The notes: generated by a model not told the origin, from the sequence alone. A stretch of 64,000 bases of DNA from an uncultured Verrucomicrobiota bacterium (GCA_964578605.1 CAZODO010000017.1:3994-67993); one strand, 5' to 3'. Positions 52,078 to 63,107 are shown, counted from the stretch's first letter. Numbers and translations: made by a program.

Positions 52078-53016
52078 TTACCCCTTTACCTCCGGCGTGC
52101 GCAGGCGCCAGATGGCCGCCAGCATGCTGCCCATCACCGAATGGAACACAGCCGAAATCGCGCAAGGGACCGGAGCGGTGGGCAATTGGGGAAAGTTGTT
52201 CTGCGCCAGCGCCGCGCCCAACCCTGAGTTCTGCATCCCCACCTCGATGGAGATGGTGCGATTGACGATCGTGCCGTAGCCGAGCATCCACGAGAAGAGG
52301 TAGCCGAACCCAAAGCCGCCCGCGTGCAAGAGGAACACGGCCAACAGCAAAACGCCGCCTGACTCTTTCACATCACGGGCGCTTTGGCCGATGATGCTGG
52401 ACACGATCAGCACGATGGCGATGACCGAAACCAGTGGGGCCACGGGCAGAACGGCGTTCACGAACCGCGGAGTGGCGTGGTGCAAAAGCAGCCCGATCAT
52501 GACCGGCAGCAACACGATTTGCACGGTGTCGAGAAAGAGCTTCCAGGCATCAACGGGGACATACGTTCCTGCCAGCCACTTCGTGAGCAACGGGGTCATG
52601 AATATCGCCGCAAACGTGGACGCGGTCGTCATGAGCACCGACAGCGCCACGTCGGCCCGCGCGATATAACTCACGACGTTCGACGCGGTCCCGCCCGGAC
52701 AACATGAAACCAGGATGAGCCCCACCGCGTAGGGGGTGGGTAGTTGCAGCAATCGCGCCACTGACCAGCCGAGAAGTGGCATGATCAGGTATTGCGCCAC
52801 CAGGCCGGCCGCAACGGTCGCCGGCATCCGCAAGACACGCTTGAAATCCTGAAAGGCAAGCGTCATGCCCATTCCCAGCATGATGACCGCCAACCCCCAC
52901 ACGATGGCCTTGCCGCGGAACCAGGTGAAAACCGGGGGATGGATCAGCGCGATGACGCCTCCAAGGACAACCCATAGAGGGAATAGGTTGGTGGTCAGGT
53001 TTAGCCAGCGTCTCAT
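52078..53016 (-). CDS. Bile acid:sodium symporter family protein
   Basis: MLGMGMTL, CCPGGTASNV, EVGMQNSGL. Confidence 0.93.
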   Translation of the reverse strand: MRRWLNLTTNLFPLWVVLGGVIALIHPPVFTWFRGKAIVWGLAVIMLGMGMTLAFQDFKRVLRMPATVAAGLVAQYLIMPLLGWSVARLLQLPTPYAVGLILVSCCPGGTASNVVSYIARADVALSVLMTTASTFAAIFMTPLLTKWLAGTYVPVDAWKLFLDTVQIVLLPVMIGLLLHHATPRFVNAVLPVAPLVSVIAIVLIVSSIIGQSARDVKESGGVLLLAVFLLHAGGFGFGYLFSWMLGYGTIVNRTISIEVGMQNSGLGAALAQNNFPQLPTAPVPCAISAVFHSVMGSMLAAIWRLRTPEVKG

Positions 53017-53048
53017 GATCGGCCGGGCGGGAGTGAATTCGTGGCGGT

Positions 53049-55148
53049 TTAACGTCGCAGACCCATTTCCTCAAAGGGCACCGGTTTGAAGCCGGGCAGG
53101 CGCTTGAACACGGGCGCATCGGGGCGCAGGCGGTAGTCGGGCTTGGCGGCGTCCACGAAACCAGGGTCGTCGCTGGTGGACCAGTTCTCGCCCGGCTCAA
53201 GCTGCCAATTGCCGCCGGAAACTTCGCCGCACCGGACAAAGAGATTCGAGCGTGCGCGGTTTACCCTGGCGACGGTCGCGGGAGGGTCCAGGTAGCCGAT
53301 CAACTCCGGGTATCGGACCGTATAAGGCGGCTTGGTGATGTCCACCTCTTGCAGAAGCTTCTCCACGAAGAAGCAATCCTGCCCGCCTTTCAGCGCGTCC
53401 CTCCAGCGGGCGTCGTCCCAAGGCGCGGACCCCAGGGCGCGTTTGCAGTCGACGAAAATATTGTTCTCCGCCTTGTTGTCATGCCCCCCATGGGAAAAGA
53501 CGGTGCCGAAAGATCCCTTGCCAGGCTCGCCGCACCGCACGAACACATTGCCGAAGACCAGGTCCCCGCCATCTCCGTCATCGAAGTAAACAGCGGCATT
53601 GCCGTGGCCCATGGGACTGCCGATATCGTGCCAGTAATTGAACTGGATGCGGTTCCCGCGGCAGGAAGGATTGCGGCCCTTGTAAAGAGCGCCGCAGTCG
53701 TCGGTCTCGGTGCAGACATGGTGGACTTCGTTGAATTCGAACAGGTGGTCATTGCCGCCTACGAAGACAGCCTGGTGGGGCGCGTCATGGATCAGGTTAT
53801 GGGCGGCACGGTTGCCGACGCCTTGAAAAGAAAGCCCGTAGGCCGCGGTGAGTTGGTGTTCGGAAAAGCGCCAGATGTGATTGTTGCTGGCCTCATGACC
53901 GGCAGGCGTCAGCGTTCTGCGATCGCCGCCTCCGAGCACCAGGCCGCCTTGGCCGGTATGATGAATGTCGCACGACAACACACGATGCTTGGAACCCCCG
54001 TTCACCCGGATGCCCAATCGGCGCATGTTCCGCACCTCGCACGCCGCAATTTCGCATCCCATCCCGTCCACCACCTCGATCCCGTTATCCAACCCGCACT
54101 CGAGCGTGAAACCGCGAAACACGACATGAGAAGCGTTCCGGAAGGCCACCACCGGCTCGTCGAGCATGGCCAGGGTCACCCGCGCGCCATTCCACTCGCC
54201 GGGCGGCCACAGATACATGCAGCCCGATTTGCGGTCGACGTAGAACTCGCCCGGCTGGTCAAGTTCCTCCAGCAGATTCAAAGCCCGGTAACGGCGCGGT
54301 GACGGGTTACCCTGCATAAGGCTATAGAGGTGCGGCGCGGCCAGGTCGATGCGGCGCGAAGCGGGATTGATTCCGGCCACCCGGATCGCCTCGTCGTACC
54401 AATCGTAACACCAGTAGCCCTGGAGCCAAACGCCTTCACGCACGATCCACCGGGCCGGCCGTTCGCCGGCGTACTCAAAGCTCCCCGCGAGCCCGCGTTT
54501 GTCACCATCCCGCGGGCGAGAGCCCGAATCCAGAATCCGCGCAACGGTTGCCCAACCCGCGTTCGGCCAGCGGGCAAGAGCCATCCGGCTTTCGTTGAAG
54601 AAGAGTTCGGGACCAGGCGGCACGCCGTGGTAAGCGACAGGAAACGGCGGCAGATTCGTCGCGCCCAGGCTCGCGAGATCGACCTTCATAACCCGCCCGC
54701 GCGCCGCGGGATCAAGGCGCTCGATAATCGCCGGCTCCGTCACCGATTGCCAAGCCGACGCGGATACCGACACCCCTCCGACCAGCCTCACCGGCTCACC
54801 GGGCGCAACCTCCCAGACGACAGGCCGGATCGCTGTGCCCGAGTCCTCCAGACCGAGCGTGAACGTCGAGCGAACCTCATAAACGCCCCCGTGGACGATG
54901 ACCCTGCGCGTTTCTCGCGCGTCGGCCGCCCGCACCGCCTGACGCGCCCTTTCCAAAGTGGCAAAGGGTTTGTCCCGATCTCCGGAATTCTTGTCGTTCC
55001 CGGTCACGGCGACATGGAAGACCGTCTCCGCCGCCGTCAAACCAGTGACGGCCAAGAGCAGAGCTACGCCCCAGGTCCATGGGAACACGCGGTCCCTGTT
55101 CGCGATGCCGCCTCTTCTCCGTTTGAGCTTGCGCATAGCCGGCAGCAT
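53049..55148 (-). CDS. Secreted right-handed parallel beta-helix protein
   Basis: GNDKNSG..DKPFATLERA, ARWPN, Asn-ladder repeats, DCGALY; start may be 55136. Confidence 0.85.
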   Translation of the reverse strand: MLPAMRKLKRRRGGIANRDRVFPWTWGVALLLAVTGLTAAETVFHVAVTGNDKNSGDRDKPFATLERARQAVRAADARETRRVIVHGGVYEVRSTFTLGLEDSGTAIRPVVWEVAPGEPVRLVGGVSVSASAWQSVTEPAIIERLDPAARGRVMKVDLASLGATNLPPFPVAYHGVPPGPELFFNESRMALARWPNAGWATVARILDSGSRPRDGDKRGLAGSFEYAGERPARWIVREGVWLQGYWCYDWYDEAIRVAGINPASRRIDLAAPHLYSLMQGNPSPRRYRALNLLEELDQPGEFYVDRKSGCMYLWPPGEWNGARVTLAMLDEPVVAFRNASHVVFRGFTLECGLDNGIEVVDGMGCEIAACEVRNMRRLGIRVNGGSKHRVLSCDIHHTGQGGLVLGGGDRRTLTPAGHEASNNHIWRFSEHQLTAAYGLSFQGVGNRAAHNLIHDAPHQAVFVGGNDHLFEFNEVHHVCTETDDCGALYKGRNPSCRGNRIQFNYWHDIGSPMGHGNAAVYFDDGDGGDLVFGNVFVRCGEPGKGSFGTVFSHGGHDNKAENNIFVDCKRALGSAPWDDARWRDALKGGQDCFFVEKLLQEVDITKPPYTVRYPELIGYLDPPATVARVNRARSNLFVRCGEVSGGNWQLEPGENWSTSDDPGFVDAAKPDYRLRPDAPVFKRLPGFKPVPFEEMGLRR

Positions 55149-55246
55149 ATCCCGTCAAGCAGCTTTGCCAAGCGATTCGCCCTCCGGCCTCGAAGGAAAC
55201 AGCGTGACCTGGCGGCGCCCCGGCGCAATGATAGGTCCACTCTGCG

Positions 55247-57418
55247 ATGAACCACGACCTTGATCCCGCGCGCGGCCTTCCGGCACTCCAGCGAATTCTT
55301 CCTCCCGCGTCTTCGCGAAAACCGCAACCCGCAACCCTCACACGCCGGCATTTTCTGTTCACGGCCGGCGGAAGCCTCGGCGCGATCGCTGCCGGCACCT
55401 TGGCCAGTCCTGGCTCTCTCTTCGGGGCCGCGAACGCATCCGGCAGCGCGGCATCCCCGCCGGCTCTGGAGCCGCTCAACCGTTTTCCCAGGATGGTCCA
55501 GGAATACTTCGTGGAGCGGCTTCGCGAAACCGAGGCGCTAAACCGAAAGGCGAAGTCGCTTCTCCAGAACAGAGCCGACGCCGAAAGGTACGTCGCGACG
55601 GTGCGCGAGAAGATCCGCGCGTGCTTCGGCCCGTTTCCCGAGAAGACGCCGCTCAACCCGCGCATTACCGGGACGGTGGAGCGTGACGTTTACCGGATCG
55701 AGAAGGTGATCTTCGAGAGTCGTCCCGGCTTCCTGGTCGTGGGTAACCTCTACCTCCCGAAAGCCCAGACGGCTCCGTTGCCCGGGGTGGTCGGCGTTTG
55801 TGGCCACTCGGACGCGGGCAAAGCGATCGATGCTTACCAGTCGTTCGCGCAGGGCCTGGCCCGGCTGGGATATGTCGTCCTCATCATTGACCCAATCGGC
55901 CAGGGCGAACGCTTGCAGTATCCCGACGCGCAATTGAAGTCGCGCATTGGCGTGGGGGTCCGCGAGCATCTCTACGCGGGCAACCAGCAGTTTCTGGTCG
56001 GCGAATTCTTTGGCGCCTGGCGCGCTTGGGATGGGATTCGCGCGCTCGATTACCTCCTCACCCGTCCGGAGGTGGATCCACGCCATATCGGCGTGACCGG
56101 CAATTCCGGCGGCGGCACGTTGACGACCTGGTTGTGCGGGCTCGAATCGCGCTGGACCATGGCGGCGCCGAGCTGTTTCGTAACCACCTTCCGCCGCAAC
56201 CTCGAGAACGAATTACCGGCCGATACCGAACAGTGCCCACCGCGCGCGCTTTCCCTGGGACTCGACCACGAGGACTTCATCGCCGCGATGGCGCCCAAAC
56301 CGGTCATCCTCCTGGCCAAAGAACGTGATTTTTTCGATATCCGCGGCACCGAGGGCGCCTTCGCCCGGCTTCAGCGCCTTTACCGGCTGCTCGGCGCGGA
56401 AGACAACATCGCGATGTTTACCGGCCCCACCACCCATGGTTTCTCGCAGGAGAACCGGGAAGCCATGTATCGTTGGTTCAACCGCGTCACGGGCCTCTCC
56501 GATGCCGAGACCGAACCCGCCCTGGTCCTCGACAAGCCCGAAACGCTGCGGTGCACTCCGCGCGGCCAGGTGATCGATCTGGAATCCCGTTCGGTGTTCC
56601 ATTTCACGGCGGAACTCTCCCAGGCTCTGGAAGAACGGCGGCCGAAACTCGAGCGCACCGAACTGGTCCGGGCCGTTTCGGAAGTGCTCAAGCTTCCGCC
56701 CCGGTCCGGAGCTCCCGATTACCGGATTCCGCGGCCGGTGTCGTCCCGGCGCTACCCGCAGCCTCATGCCACCGTGTACGCCGTGTGCACTGAGCCCGGC
56801 ATTCATGCGCTGGTCTATCGCTTGAGCGCGGAACAGCATGATGCCCGCCCGCCGCGGGAACCGGCCCGCGCCGTGTTGTACGTGGCGCATCAATCCAGCG
56901 ACGCCGAACTTCGGGACGAACCGCTCATCAGGCAACTCGTGTCGGAAGAGCCGGCCGCCGCGTTTTACGCCTGCGATGTCCGGGGCATCGGGGAATCGCG
57001 CCCGGACACCTGCGGGCACAACAGCTTTCTCGATCCCTACGGGAGCGATTACTTCTACGCCATTCACTCTCTCATGTTGGATCGTCCGTACGTAGGGCAG
57101 AAGACGCACGATCTTCTGCGTGTCCTGGACTGGCTCGAAAGCTGCGGTCACACCGAGGTGCATCTGGCGGCCCTGGGCTGGGGCGCCATTCCAGCCACGT
57201 TTGCCGCCCTGCTCTCGAGTCCGGTGAAGCGGGTCACCCTGAAGCATGCCCTGACCTCCTACGCTGACGTTGCGGAATCGGAAGAGTACGCCTGGCCCCT
57301 GTCGTCTTTTCTCCCCGGGGTGCTCCATCGGTTTGACCTGCCCGATTGCTACCGCGAACTCCAGGCAAAGGCCCTGCGCCAGATCGAACCTTGGGGCCCA
57401 AAAGCGCGAACCGCCTGA
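55247..57418 (+). CDS. Tat-exported alpha/beta hydrolase (acetylxylan esterase-like)
   Basis: LTRRHFL Tat motif; CGH, DPIGQGER, GNSGGG nucleophile elbow; second degenerate hydrolase domain. Confidence 0.85.
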   Translation: MNHDLDPARGLPALQRILPPASSRKPQPATLTRRHFLFTAGGSLGAIAAGTLASPGSLFGAANASGSAASPPALEPLNRFPRMVQEYFVERLRETEALNRKAKSLLQNRADAERYVATVREKIRACFGPFPEKTPLNPRITGTVERDVYRIEKVIFESRPGFLVVGNLYLPKAQTAPLPGVVGVCGHSDAGKAIDAYQSFAQGLARLGYVVLIIDPIGQGERLQYPDAQLKSRIGVGVREHLYAGNQQFLVGEFFGAWRAWDGIRALDYLLTRPEVDPRHIGVTGNSGGGTLTTWLCGLESRWTMAAPSCFVTTFRRNLENELPADTEQCPPRALSLGLDHEDFIAAMAPKPVILLAKERDFFDIRGTEGAFARLQRLYRLLGAEDNIAMFTGPTTHGFSQENREAMYRWFNRVTGLSDAETEPALVLDKPETLRCTPRGQVIDLESRSVFHFTAELSQALEERRPKLERTELVRAVSEVLKLPPRSGAPDYRIPRPVSSRRYPQPHATVYAVCTEPGIHALVYRLSAEQHDARPPREPARAVLYVAHQSSDAELRDEPLIRQLVSEEPAAAFYACDVRGIGESRPDTCGHNSFLDPYGSDYFYAIHSLMLDRPYVGQKTHDLLRVLDWLESCGHTEVHLAALGWGAIPATFAALLSSPVKRVTLKHALTSYADVAESEEYAWPLSSFLPGVLHRFDLPDCYRELQAKALRQIEPWGPKARTA

Positions 57419-57624
57419 TCTGGTTCTATTGGCCCACGGCTCGACTCGGTGGCGGCGGAGCGTCTCGGCCCGCCCAAACGATGGGCCTCCAGGTGGCTGA
57501 TCCGCCAGTTTGCAGCCGAGTTCGTGGTCCAGGTCCGATTGCTGACTTCTGGATCATTCACCCACGGCATCGAACGATCGTTGATCGCGAGACGGGCAAG
57601 GTCGTTGCGAATTTACCGGCCACG

Positions 57625-59727
57625 CTATTGCTGGGCTTTGAAGAACATCGGGCCGTTCGTGGCCGTCACCGTATGGGGGCTCGAGGCACCCCCGACCAGA
57701 TGCCACGGGGCTGTCACGGAGGGTGCCGACAATAAGCTTCCCTCGTAGGTGATGATCATTCCTTTCGCCGTCCTTTGGAAGCTCAACCGCGGCGATGGCG
57801 GAAAGTATCCGAGTTGAGTGAGTGCACTGATGTTATCGAAGTAAACCCTTTCCGCACAAATCAGACCCTGGTTATCCACCTGATTCAGAAGCGCCGCGCG
57901 CACTTCCACGGCCCGACCGGTGGCCGGCAGACCCAAGTACGGGCCGCTGTTGGTCCCCCGATACACCCCCTCCGTCAACACCCAGCCCTCCCCTAAATCC
58001 AAATGCCGGGCAACGTCGAATTTCAGGTCACCAAAGCCCTGGTAAAACAGTTCCATCATCGCGATGGCGGACGGACGATCCAACGGCGCGCCCAACAGGG
58101 CGAACAACACTTGCGCGTCGCCGCGCAAGATCTTGGCAAACTCGGCCAGGTTATGCGCATTCCATCGAGACAGGCCTTCATCGACCGCGGCCACAGGACT
58201 CAGTCCGGTCGGCGCGGGATCTGCCATTGGTGTGACGGGTTGGAGCACTGGCAACTGAGGCGCCGGCATGAGGCCAGTCACAACCATCAGGCTTTGCAGG
58301 TCCATGTAAGTGGTAATCCGTTGAAGCTTGTCGTCTTGGTACTCCCAAACATCCAAATGCATGTGGTCTCCGCCCTTGCCCGTGGCAGGCATGCCCATCC
58401 AGGGATTCCGCAGCGTGCCCGAGGTCGTGTGCGCCGTCACGACGGCGTTGCCGGACAACCAGCGTTGCTCCGAGGTGGTATTGTAGTCAGGAAACCCGTG
58501 GAACAAACCGGAAAAGAAGCCGCCGATGGCGGTCGGGCCAACCAGCATGGGGGGCACCGGCGCAAAGTCGAACACCGCATCCGGCGCCATGAAGCTGACG
58601 ATGGCATCGACGTCATGAGCAGAGATCGCCTGGCCGACCGCAGTGTTAAGAGCAAGAATCGATGTGGCAGGGGGGAAAAGCACTCCACCCGCTCGGTACA
58701 CAGCGACGCCATCATTGCTCGTGGCAATCCACTTATTGCCCCAAACATCCTCCGAAAGGGAATAGAGAATATCGCTGGGCAGCATGGAGTTCTTTGTGTT
58801 GTAGAGCGTCCATTCACTACCGTCATACTTGACCAAGCCGCTCGCACCGGTACAAATCCAGACGTTGTCCTTGGAATCAATTGCGATGAACCACGACGAA
58901 GTAATCGGCATTTTCGTGTTGCTAGCGGTGTAAAAGGTCAAATCATTGCCGGAGATTTTGAGTGCGCCCGCATTCTCGGATCCGACCCACACATTGTCCT
59001 TGGAGTCAATCGCGATCGAGCTCGCCATGGTACTCTGAACCGAGAAGCGTTTCCAGTTCACTCCGTCGAACCTGGCAAGGCCGCCGTCTCCCCACGTCAG
59101 CATCCACACGTTACCGGCCGAATCAAAGGCGATGCCGGACACCGTGTTACCCGGAAGCCCTGAATTCTGGGTATTGTACACTGTCCAATCCTCGCCATCG
59201 AACTTCGCCACGCCTCCACCAAAGGTCGCGATCCAGAGATTTCCTTTGGCATCAAACTTGAGACTCAGAATGTTGTTATTGGGAAGCGGGGAGTTTCCAG
59301 TGTGGTAGGTGGTCCACGTCTTGCCGTCGAATTTGGCCAGGCCACCGCCCGTGTTTTGTGTGCTCCCCGTCCCGATCCAAGTGTTTCCCTTAGGGTCGAA
59401 GGCGAAACCAAAGACATTGTTGTGCGGTAGCCCGGAGTTCCTCGTGTTGTAGACTGTCCAATGGACACCGTCGAACTTCGAGAAGCCACCTCCGTTTGGG
59501 TCGCAGCAATGGCTGTGACCGACCAACAAGCAGCCCTGAGGATCCAGCATCGCGACCGGGGCACGATTGTCGGCGAGACCGGAATTGGACTTGTTGTAAA
59601 CGATCCATTCCGGATTTTGCGATGAGGCCGTGTCCGGCAACAGCAAGGCGGCAATCAGAATCAGCCAGGTGTGCGACTCGGCAGACTTAAAGGGACAGCT
59701 CCGGTGGTGTTGCGTTTCGGTTTTCAT
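57625..59727 (-). CDS. Secreted 7-bladed beta-propeller + tandem SnoaL-like domains + C-terminal putative sorting domain
   Basis: Signal peptide; seven W..YN..NS.LP repeats; two SnoaL/ester-cyclase repeats (AI.GFF..LF.GFPD, ATGRAVEV); C-terminal LLSAPSVTAPW...SP..V...MFFKA. Confidence 0.82.
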   Translation of the reverse strand: MKTETQHHRSCPFKSAESHTWLILIAALLLPDTASSQNPEWIVYNKSNSGLADNRAPVAMLDPQGCLLVGHSHCCDPNGGGFSKFDGVHWTVYNTRNSGLPHNNVFGFAFDPKGNTWIGTGSTQNTGGGLAKFDGKTWTTYHTGNSPLPNNNILSLKFDAKGNLWIATFGGGVAKFDGEDWTVYNTQNSGLPGNTVSGIAFDSAGNVWMLTWGDGGLARFDGVNWKRFSVQSTMASSIAIDSKDNVWVGSENAGALKISGNDLTFYTASNTKMPITSSWFIAIDSKDNVWICTGASGLVKYDGSEWTLYNTKNSMLPSDILYSLSEDVWGNKWIATSNDGVAVYRAGGVLFPPATSILALNTAVGQAISAHDVDAIVSFMAPDAVFDFAPVPPMLVGPTAIGGFFSGLFHGFPDYNTTSEQRWLSGNAVVTAHTTSGTLRNPWMGMPATGKGGDHMHLDVWEYQDDKLQRITTYMDLQSLMVVTGLMPAPQLPVLQPVTPMADPAPTGLSPVAAVDEGLSRWNAHNLAEFAKILRGDAQVLFALLGAPLDRPSAIAMMELFYQGFGDLKFDVARHLDLGEGWVLTEGVYRGTNSGPYLGLPATGRAVEVRAALLNQVDNQGLICAERVYFDNISALTQLGYFPPSPRLSFQRTAKGMIITYEGSLLSAPSVTAPWHLVGGASSPHTVTATNGPMFFKAQQ

Positions 59728-59757
59728 GGCTTTGTAAGTATTGAGCTCGTCAAAAGC

Positions 59758-59785
59758 AATGAGGCAAAAGGGGTAAGTTGTTACA
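59758..59785 (-). promoter_or_regulatory. Candidate ECF promoter TGTAAC-N15-CCTCATT
   Basis: Same motif and spacing as 63108-63135; 30 nt upstream of ATG 59727. Confidence 0.6.
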
Positions 59786-59868
59786 CACGCTCGTTTCGTT
59801 GGCCCCGTGTTTGCACGCTCTTCGGACGAAGGCACGGGGAGCATCGTGCGGCGATGCGGCTTGGAGTC

Positions 59869-62800
59869 TTACGGAAGCGAAGGGGCCTTGAGCGATGACA
59901 CGCCCTTGCTCGTCGCGTAAGCGAGCGTGTCTCCGTCGGCCAGAAACTCGAGCCACTCTATTCTGTCTGCCGGACGCACCACCCCCGCGTTTCTTCCGAT
60001 ATCGATGCGCCAGAAGTAAATGTAACCTTGGGTATCCCCAGCCGCCAGCATACGCCCGTCGATCGAAAATGCGACCGTTGTCGCGCGCTCGCCCATGACT
60101 TCGAACTGCGCGACCTCGGTCAGCGAGCCAAGGTTCCAGAGGCGAACTGTCCCGTCTCCGCCAGCACTGGCGATGGACTTCCCGTCAGGCGAGAACCTCG
60201 CATCCCTCACGCCGACCCGGTGTCCTCGGAGAACAGCCAAGGTCTGCCTACCCGGGATGTGGAGCAGGGTGATCCCGCCTGCCCAGTGCGCAGCCGCTAT
60301 CAGTTTGCCATCGGCCGAGAAGTCCAGCGTTTGGATTGTTCCACCCTCCGATGTCTCCAACAGCAGTGGCTTCGACGGATGCCTGAGGTCCCAGATCTCG
60401 ACGAAACGAGCCGAATTAGCTCTCGCGAACAGGTTGCCGTCCGGCGAAAATCCAAGAACACAGCTCCAATTGGTGCCGCTTGAGAGGAGTCTCCCAATCT
60501 CCCTCAAGTCGCCGGCCCGCAAGAGGTGTATCAGGCCTTCCTCAGTAGCAAGAGCCAGCACGTCCGCTGTGGGGGAGATTGTGCCTGCCTGGAGATGGTC
60601 GATAGGAAGGCGCCCCGCAACAGTCTGGCGCAGCGACAACTTGTCAAACACCTCGAAAGTCAGGTTGCTGCGGACGAGCATAAAAGCCCTTCCATATCGC
60701 GCCGGGTAGGCTCGCCGGAATAAATGCGGGACCAGGTCGTCAGGGTATGAAATGGTGGCTTTGTTGCCGCTTCTAGCCGCATCACAACGCCACAACTTGA
60801 CTGAACCGTAAGAATCGGCGCTCGCCAGGAACTTGCCGTCGGCAGAGAACTTGACGGTCCAGATCGTCCGGGTATGTCCCTTTAGCACGCCCACCGTTCG
60901 CCAATCTTCGGTGCTCCAGAGAGTGATGTTCTGGCCCTGTCCACAGGTTGCCAGAATCCTGCCGTCAGGGGAAAAAGCCAATCCCGTGACGGATGCTGTA
61001 TCAGCCGCCAGTCCTGCGACTTTTCTCAATTCCGCTGTGGTCCAGACCGTTACCCCGCCGGTCAGGTCGCCTAAAGCAAGGAGATCCCCGTTTGGGCAGA
61101 AACTCAAACAAGAGCAGGTGTCGTTCTTGATCTCTTTGTCGTTTCCCGTGGCGCCAATGAGCTTGAGCCCAACGGCGCCCCGTCCGATATAGGCCAGCAA
61201 ATGCCCGTCAGGCGAAAAAGCTACTGCCCCGTCACGCTCCGAGGCGCCCCCCAGCGCAACCCGTGTGACTTCCTGCGTTCCAGTGAGTTCCCAGAGGGTG
61301 GCAAAGGCATTACCAGACAGAGCTACCTTGCGCCCATCTGGAGACAGCGCCAGTGAGAACACGAATTCTGGTGCCTCGACGGTGCGCGTCTTTCGCCATG
61401 TCTGAGTTTCCAGGATTTCCAGGCCGTCAGACCACGTGCCCGTCAGCAGTTGACGCCCATCCGGAGTAAAAGCAATGGATGCAACTGGTGACTGGCAGAC
61501 GATATTTGTAACGACAGTTCGTGAAGCCAGATCAAAGACCTGCAATCGCGCGTCCCATCCTCCTGAGACAAGCAGCTTCCCATCAGGGGAAAACGCGAGT
61601 GTAGGGACACCATCCGTGTGGCCACGAATCGTCAGCGATTCGTCGCCCCGACACTGGCCCCATAGGTACCGCCATTCCCATCCCCGGAGTTGTTGCACAC
61701 TCGACGGACCAGTCATGTACTGTTCAACCAGCCTTGACGCGATTCCCAGGTTGTTGTCGGCCAACGCGCGGTAGGCCAGGCTCAGGTCGGCGGCATAGAG
61801 GTTCTGAACGTTCCTGAAGGCTTCGGCTTCCGCGCGCTGCCGTTCGCGTTCGATCCGCGCGACCGCGATGGGCGACCCGACCAGGATCAGCATTGCCGCC
61901 AAAGCAAAAGCCGCACCAAGGCTGGCCAGGGCGGGTCTCCGCCGGCACCAGCGCCAAGTCCACCCCAAAGGGCCCAAGGGCCTGGCCCGAATCGGTTCGC
62001 CACGGAGAAATCGCCCCAATTCATCGGCCACCTCCCGCGCGCTGCCGTATCGCCTCCGAGGTTCTTTCTCGAGACATTTCAGGCAGATCGTTTCCAGGTC
62101 CACGGGCACACTTGAGTTGAGAAGCCGCGGCGATCCTGGCTCGCTGTTGACAAGTTGTTCAAGCGTGTCCGTAACCGTGGCGGCACGGAAAGGCGCCCGC
62201 GCCGTCAACAAATAGTAGAACAGAGCGCCTAGACCATAAACATCGCTTCGAGGTCCGACGGAGCCCCACCGGGCCGACGCTTGTTCGGGTGGCATGAAGC
62301 CCGGCGAACCCAGCACCTCCCCGCTCAGGGTTAACGGGTGAGTCATTCCGGTTTGGTCTCCGGCGCCGTCTTCTCCTCCCGCCGGAGCGATAAAGGAACG
62401 CATGGGCTCAATGGGTTGGTCCGTGCCTTGAACTCCAAACTGCTTGGCCAGGCCAAAGTCGCTCACCCTGGGTTCGTCCGCCTCGTCGATGATCACATTG
62501 CTCGGCTTGAGGTCGCGGTGAAGAATCCCTTTCGAGTGGGCGTAATGAACGGCCGCTGCGACCTTCTGCGTATAGCGTGCCGCATGGAGGGGCGTCAACG
62601 GCGTTTCCCGAACCACGCTGGCCAGCGTCCGTCCTTCCACGAAATCCATGGAAAAGTAGGGGCGTCCGTCGTGCTCCCCGGCTTCGTGAATGCTCACGAT
62701 ATTGGGATGGTGCAAGCGCGCGGCTGATTCAGCCTCGATCCGGAACCGGAGCATAGCTGCCTGGCTGGCGAATTCCCCGCCCAGCAGCATTTTCACGGCG

Positions 62801-63087
62801 ACGATCCGGTTCAGGCTGATTTGCCGCGCCTTATAGACCACGCCCATACCGCCCTGGCCGATCTGCTCTAGAAGCTCGTAGTCCTCAAGGCGAAGGCGAA
62901 AGGGCGACGAAAGGGCCTCGGCACTCTCTTGCTGAGCCACCGTCCCCCCGCCGCCGCTCAGCCCGGCATCCGATCGGCTGGCGTCGGCGAGCTTGACACC
63001 CGTATCCAGCAAGCAGCACGGACAAAGCCCCAGCGCCGCCTCTGTCCCGAAGCGAGCACCACACTTTCCACAGATCATGTCTGCCAT
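59869..63087 (-). CDS. Ser/Thr protein kinase with WD40 repeats
   Basis: GQGGMGVVY, VAVK, HRDLKPSN, DFGLAK, TM helix, many GH...WD-type repeats; start at 63087 inferred. Confidence 0.93.
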   Translation of the reverse strand: MADMICGKCGARFGTEAALGLCPCCLLDTGVKLADASRSDAGLSGGGGTVAQQESAEALSSPFRLRLEDYELLEQIGQGGMGVVYKARQISLNRIVAVKMLLGGEFASQAAMLRFRIEAESAARLHHPNIVSIHEAGEHDGRPYFSMDFVEGRTLASVVRETPLTPLHAARYTQKVAAAVHYAHSKGILHRDLKPSNVIIDEADEPRVSDFGLAKQFGVQGTDQPIEPMRSFIAPAGGEDGAGDQTGMTHPLTLSGEVLGSPGFMPPEQASARWGSVGPRSDVYGLGALFYYLLTARAPFRAATVTDTLEQLVNSEPGSPRLLNSSVPVDLETICLKCLEKEPRRRYGSAREVADELGRFLRGEPIRARPLGPLGWTWRWCRRRPALASLGAAFALAAMLILVGSPIAVARIERERQRAEAEAFRNVQNLYAADLSLAYRALADNNLGIASRLVEQYMTGPSSVQQLRGWEWRYLWGQCRGDESLTIRGHTDGVPTLAFSPDGKLLVSGGWDARLQVFDLASRTVVTNIVCQSPVASIAFTPDGRQLLTGTWSDGLEILETQTWRKTRTVEAPEFVFSLALSPDGRKVALSGNAFATLWELTGTQEVTRVALGGASERDGAVAFSPDGHLLAYIGRGAVGLKLIGATGNDKEIKNDTCSCLSFCPNGDLLALGDLTGGVTVWTTAELRKVAGLAADTASVTGLAFSPDGRILATCGQGQNITLWSTEDWRTVGVLKGHTRTIWTVKFSADGKFLASADSYGSVKLWRCDAARSGNKATISYPDDLVPHLFRRAYPARYGRAFMLVRSNLTFEVFDKLSLRQTVAGRLPIDHLQAGTISPTADVLALATEEGLIHLLRAGDLREIGRLLSSGTNWSCVLGFSPDGNLFARANSARFVEIWDLRHPSKPLLLETSEGGTIQTLDFSADGKLIAAAHWAGGITLLHIPGRQTLAVLRGHRVGVRDARFSPDGKSIASAGGDGTVRLWNLGSLTEVAQFEVMGERATTVAFSIDGRMLAAGDTQGYIYFWRIDIGRNAGVVRPADRIEWLEFLADGDTLAYATSKGVSSLKAPSLP

Positions 63088-63107
63088 GGCGCAACTCCAT
63101 GCTCCAG

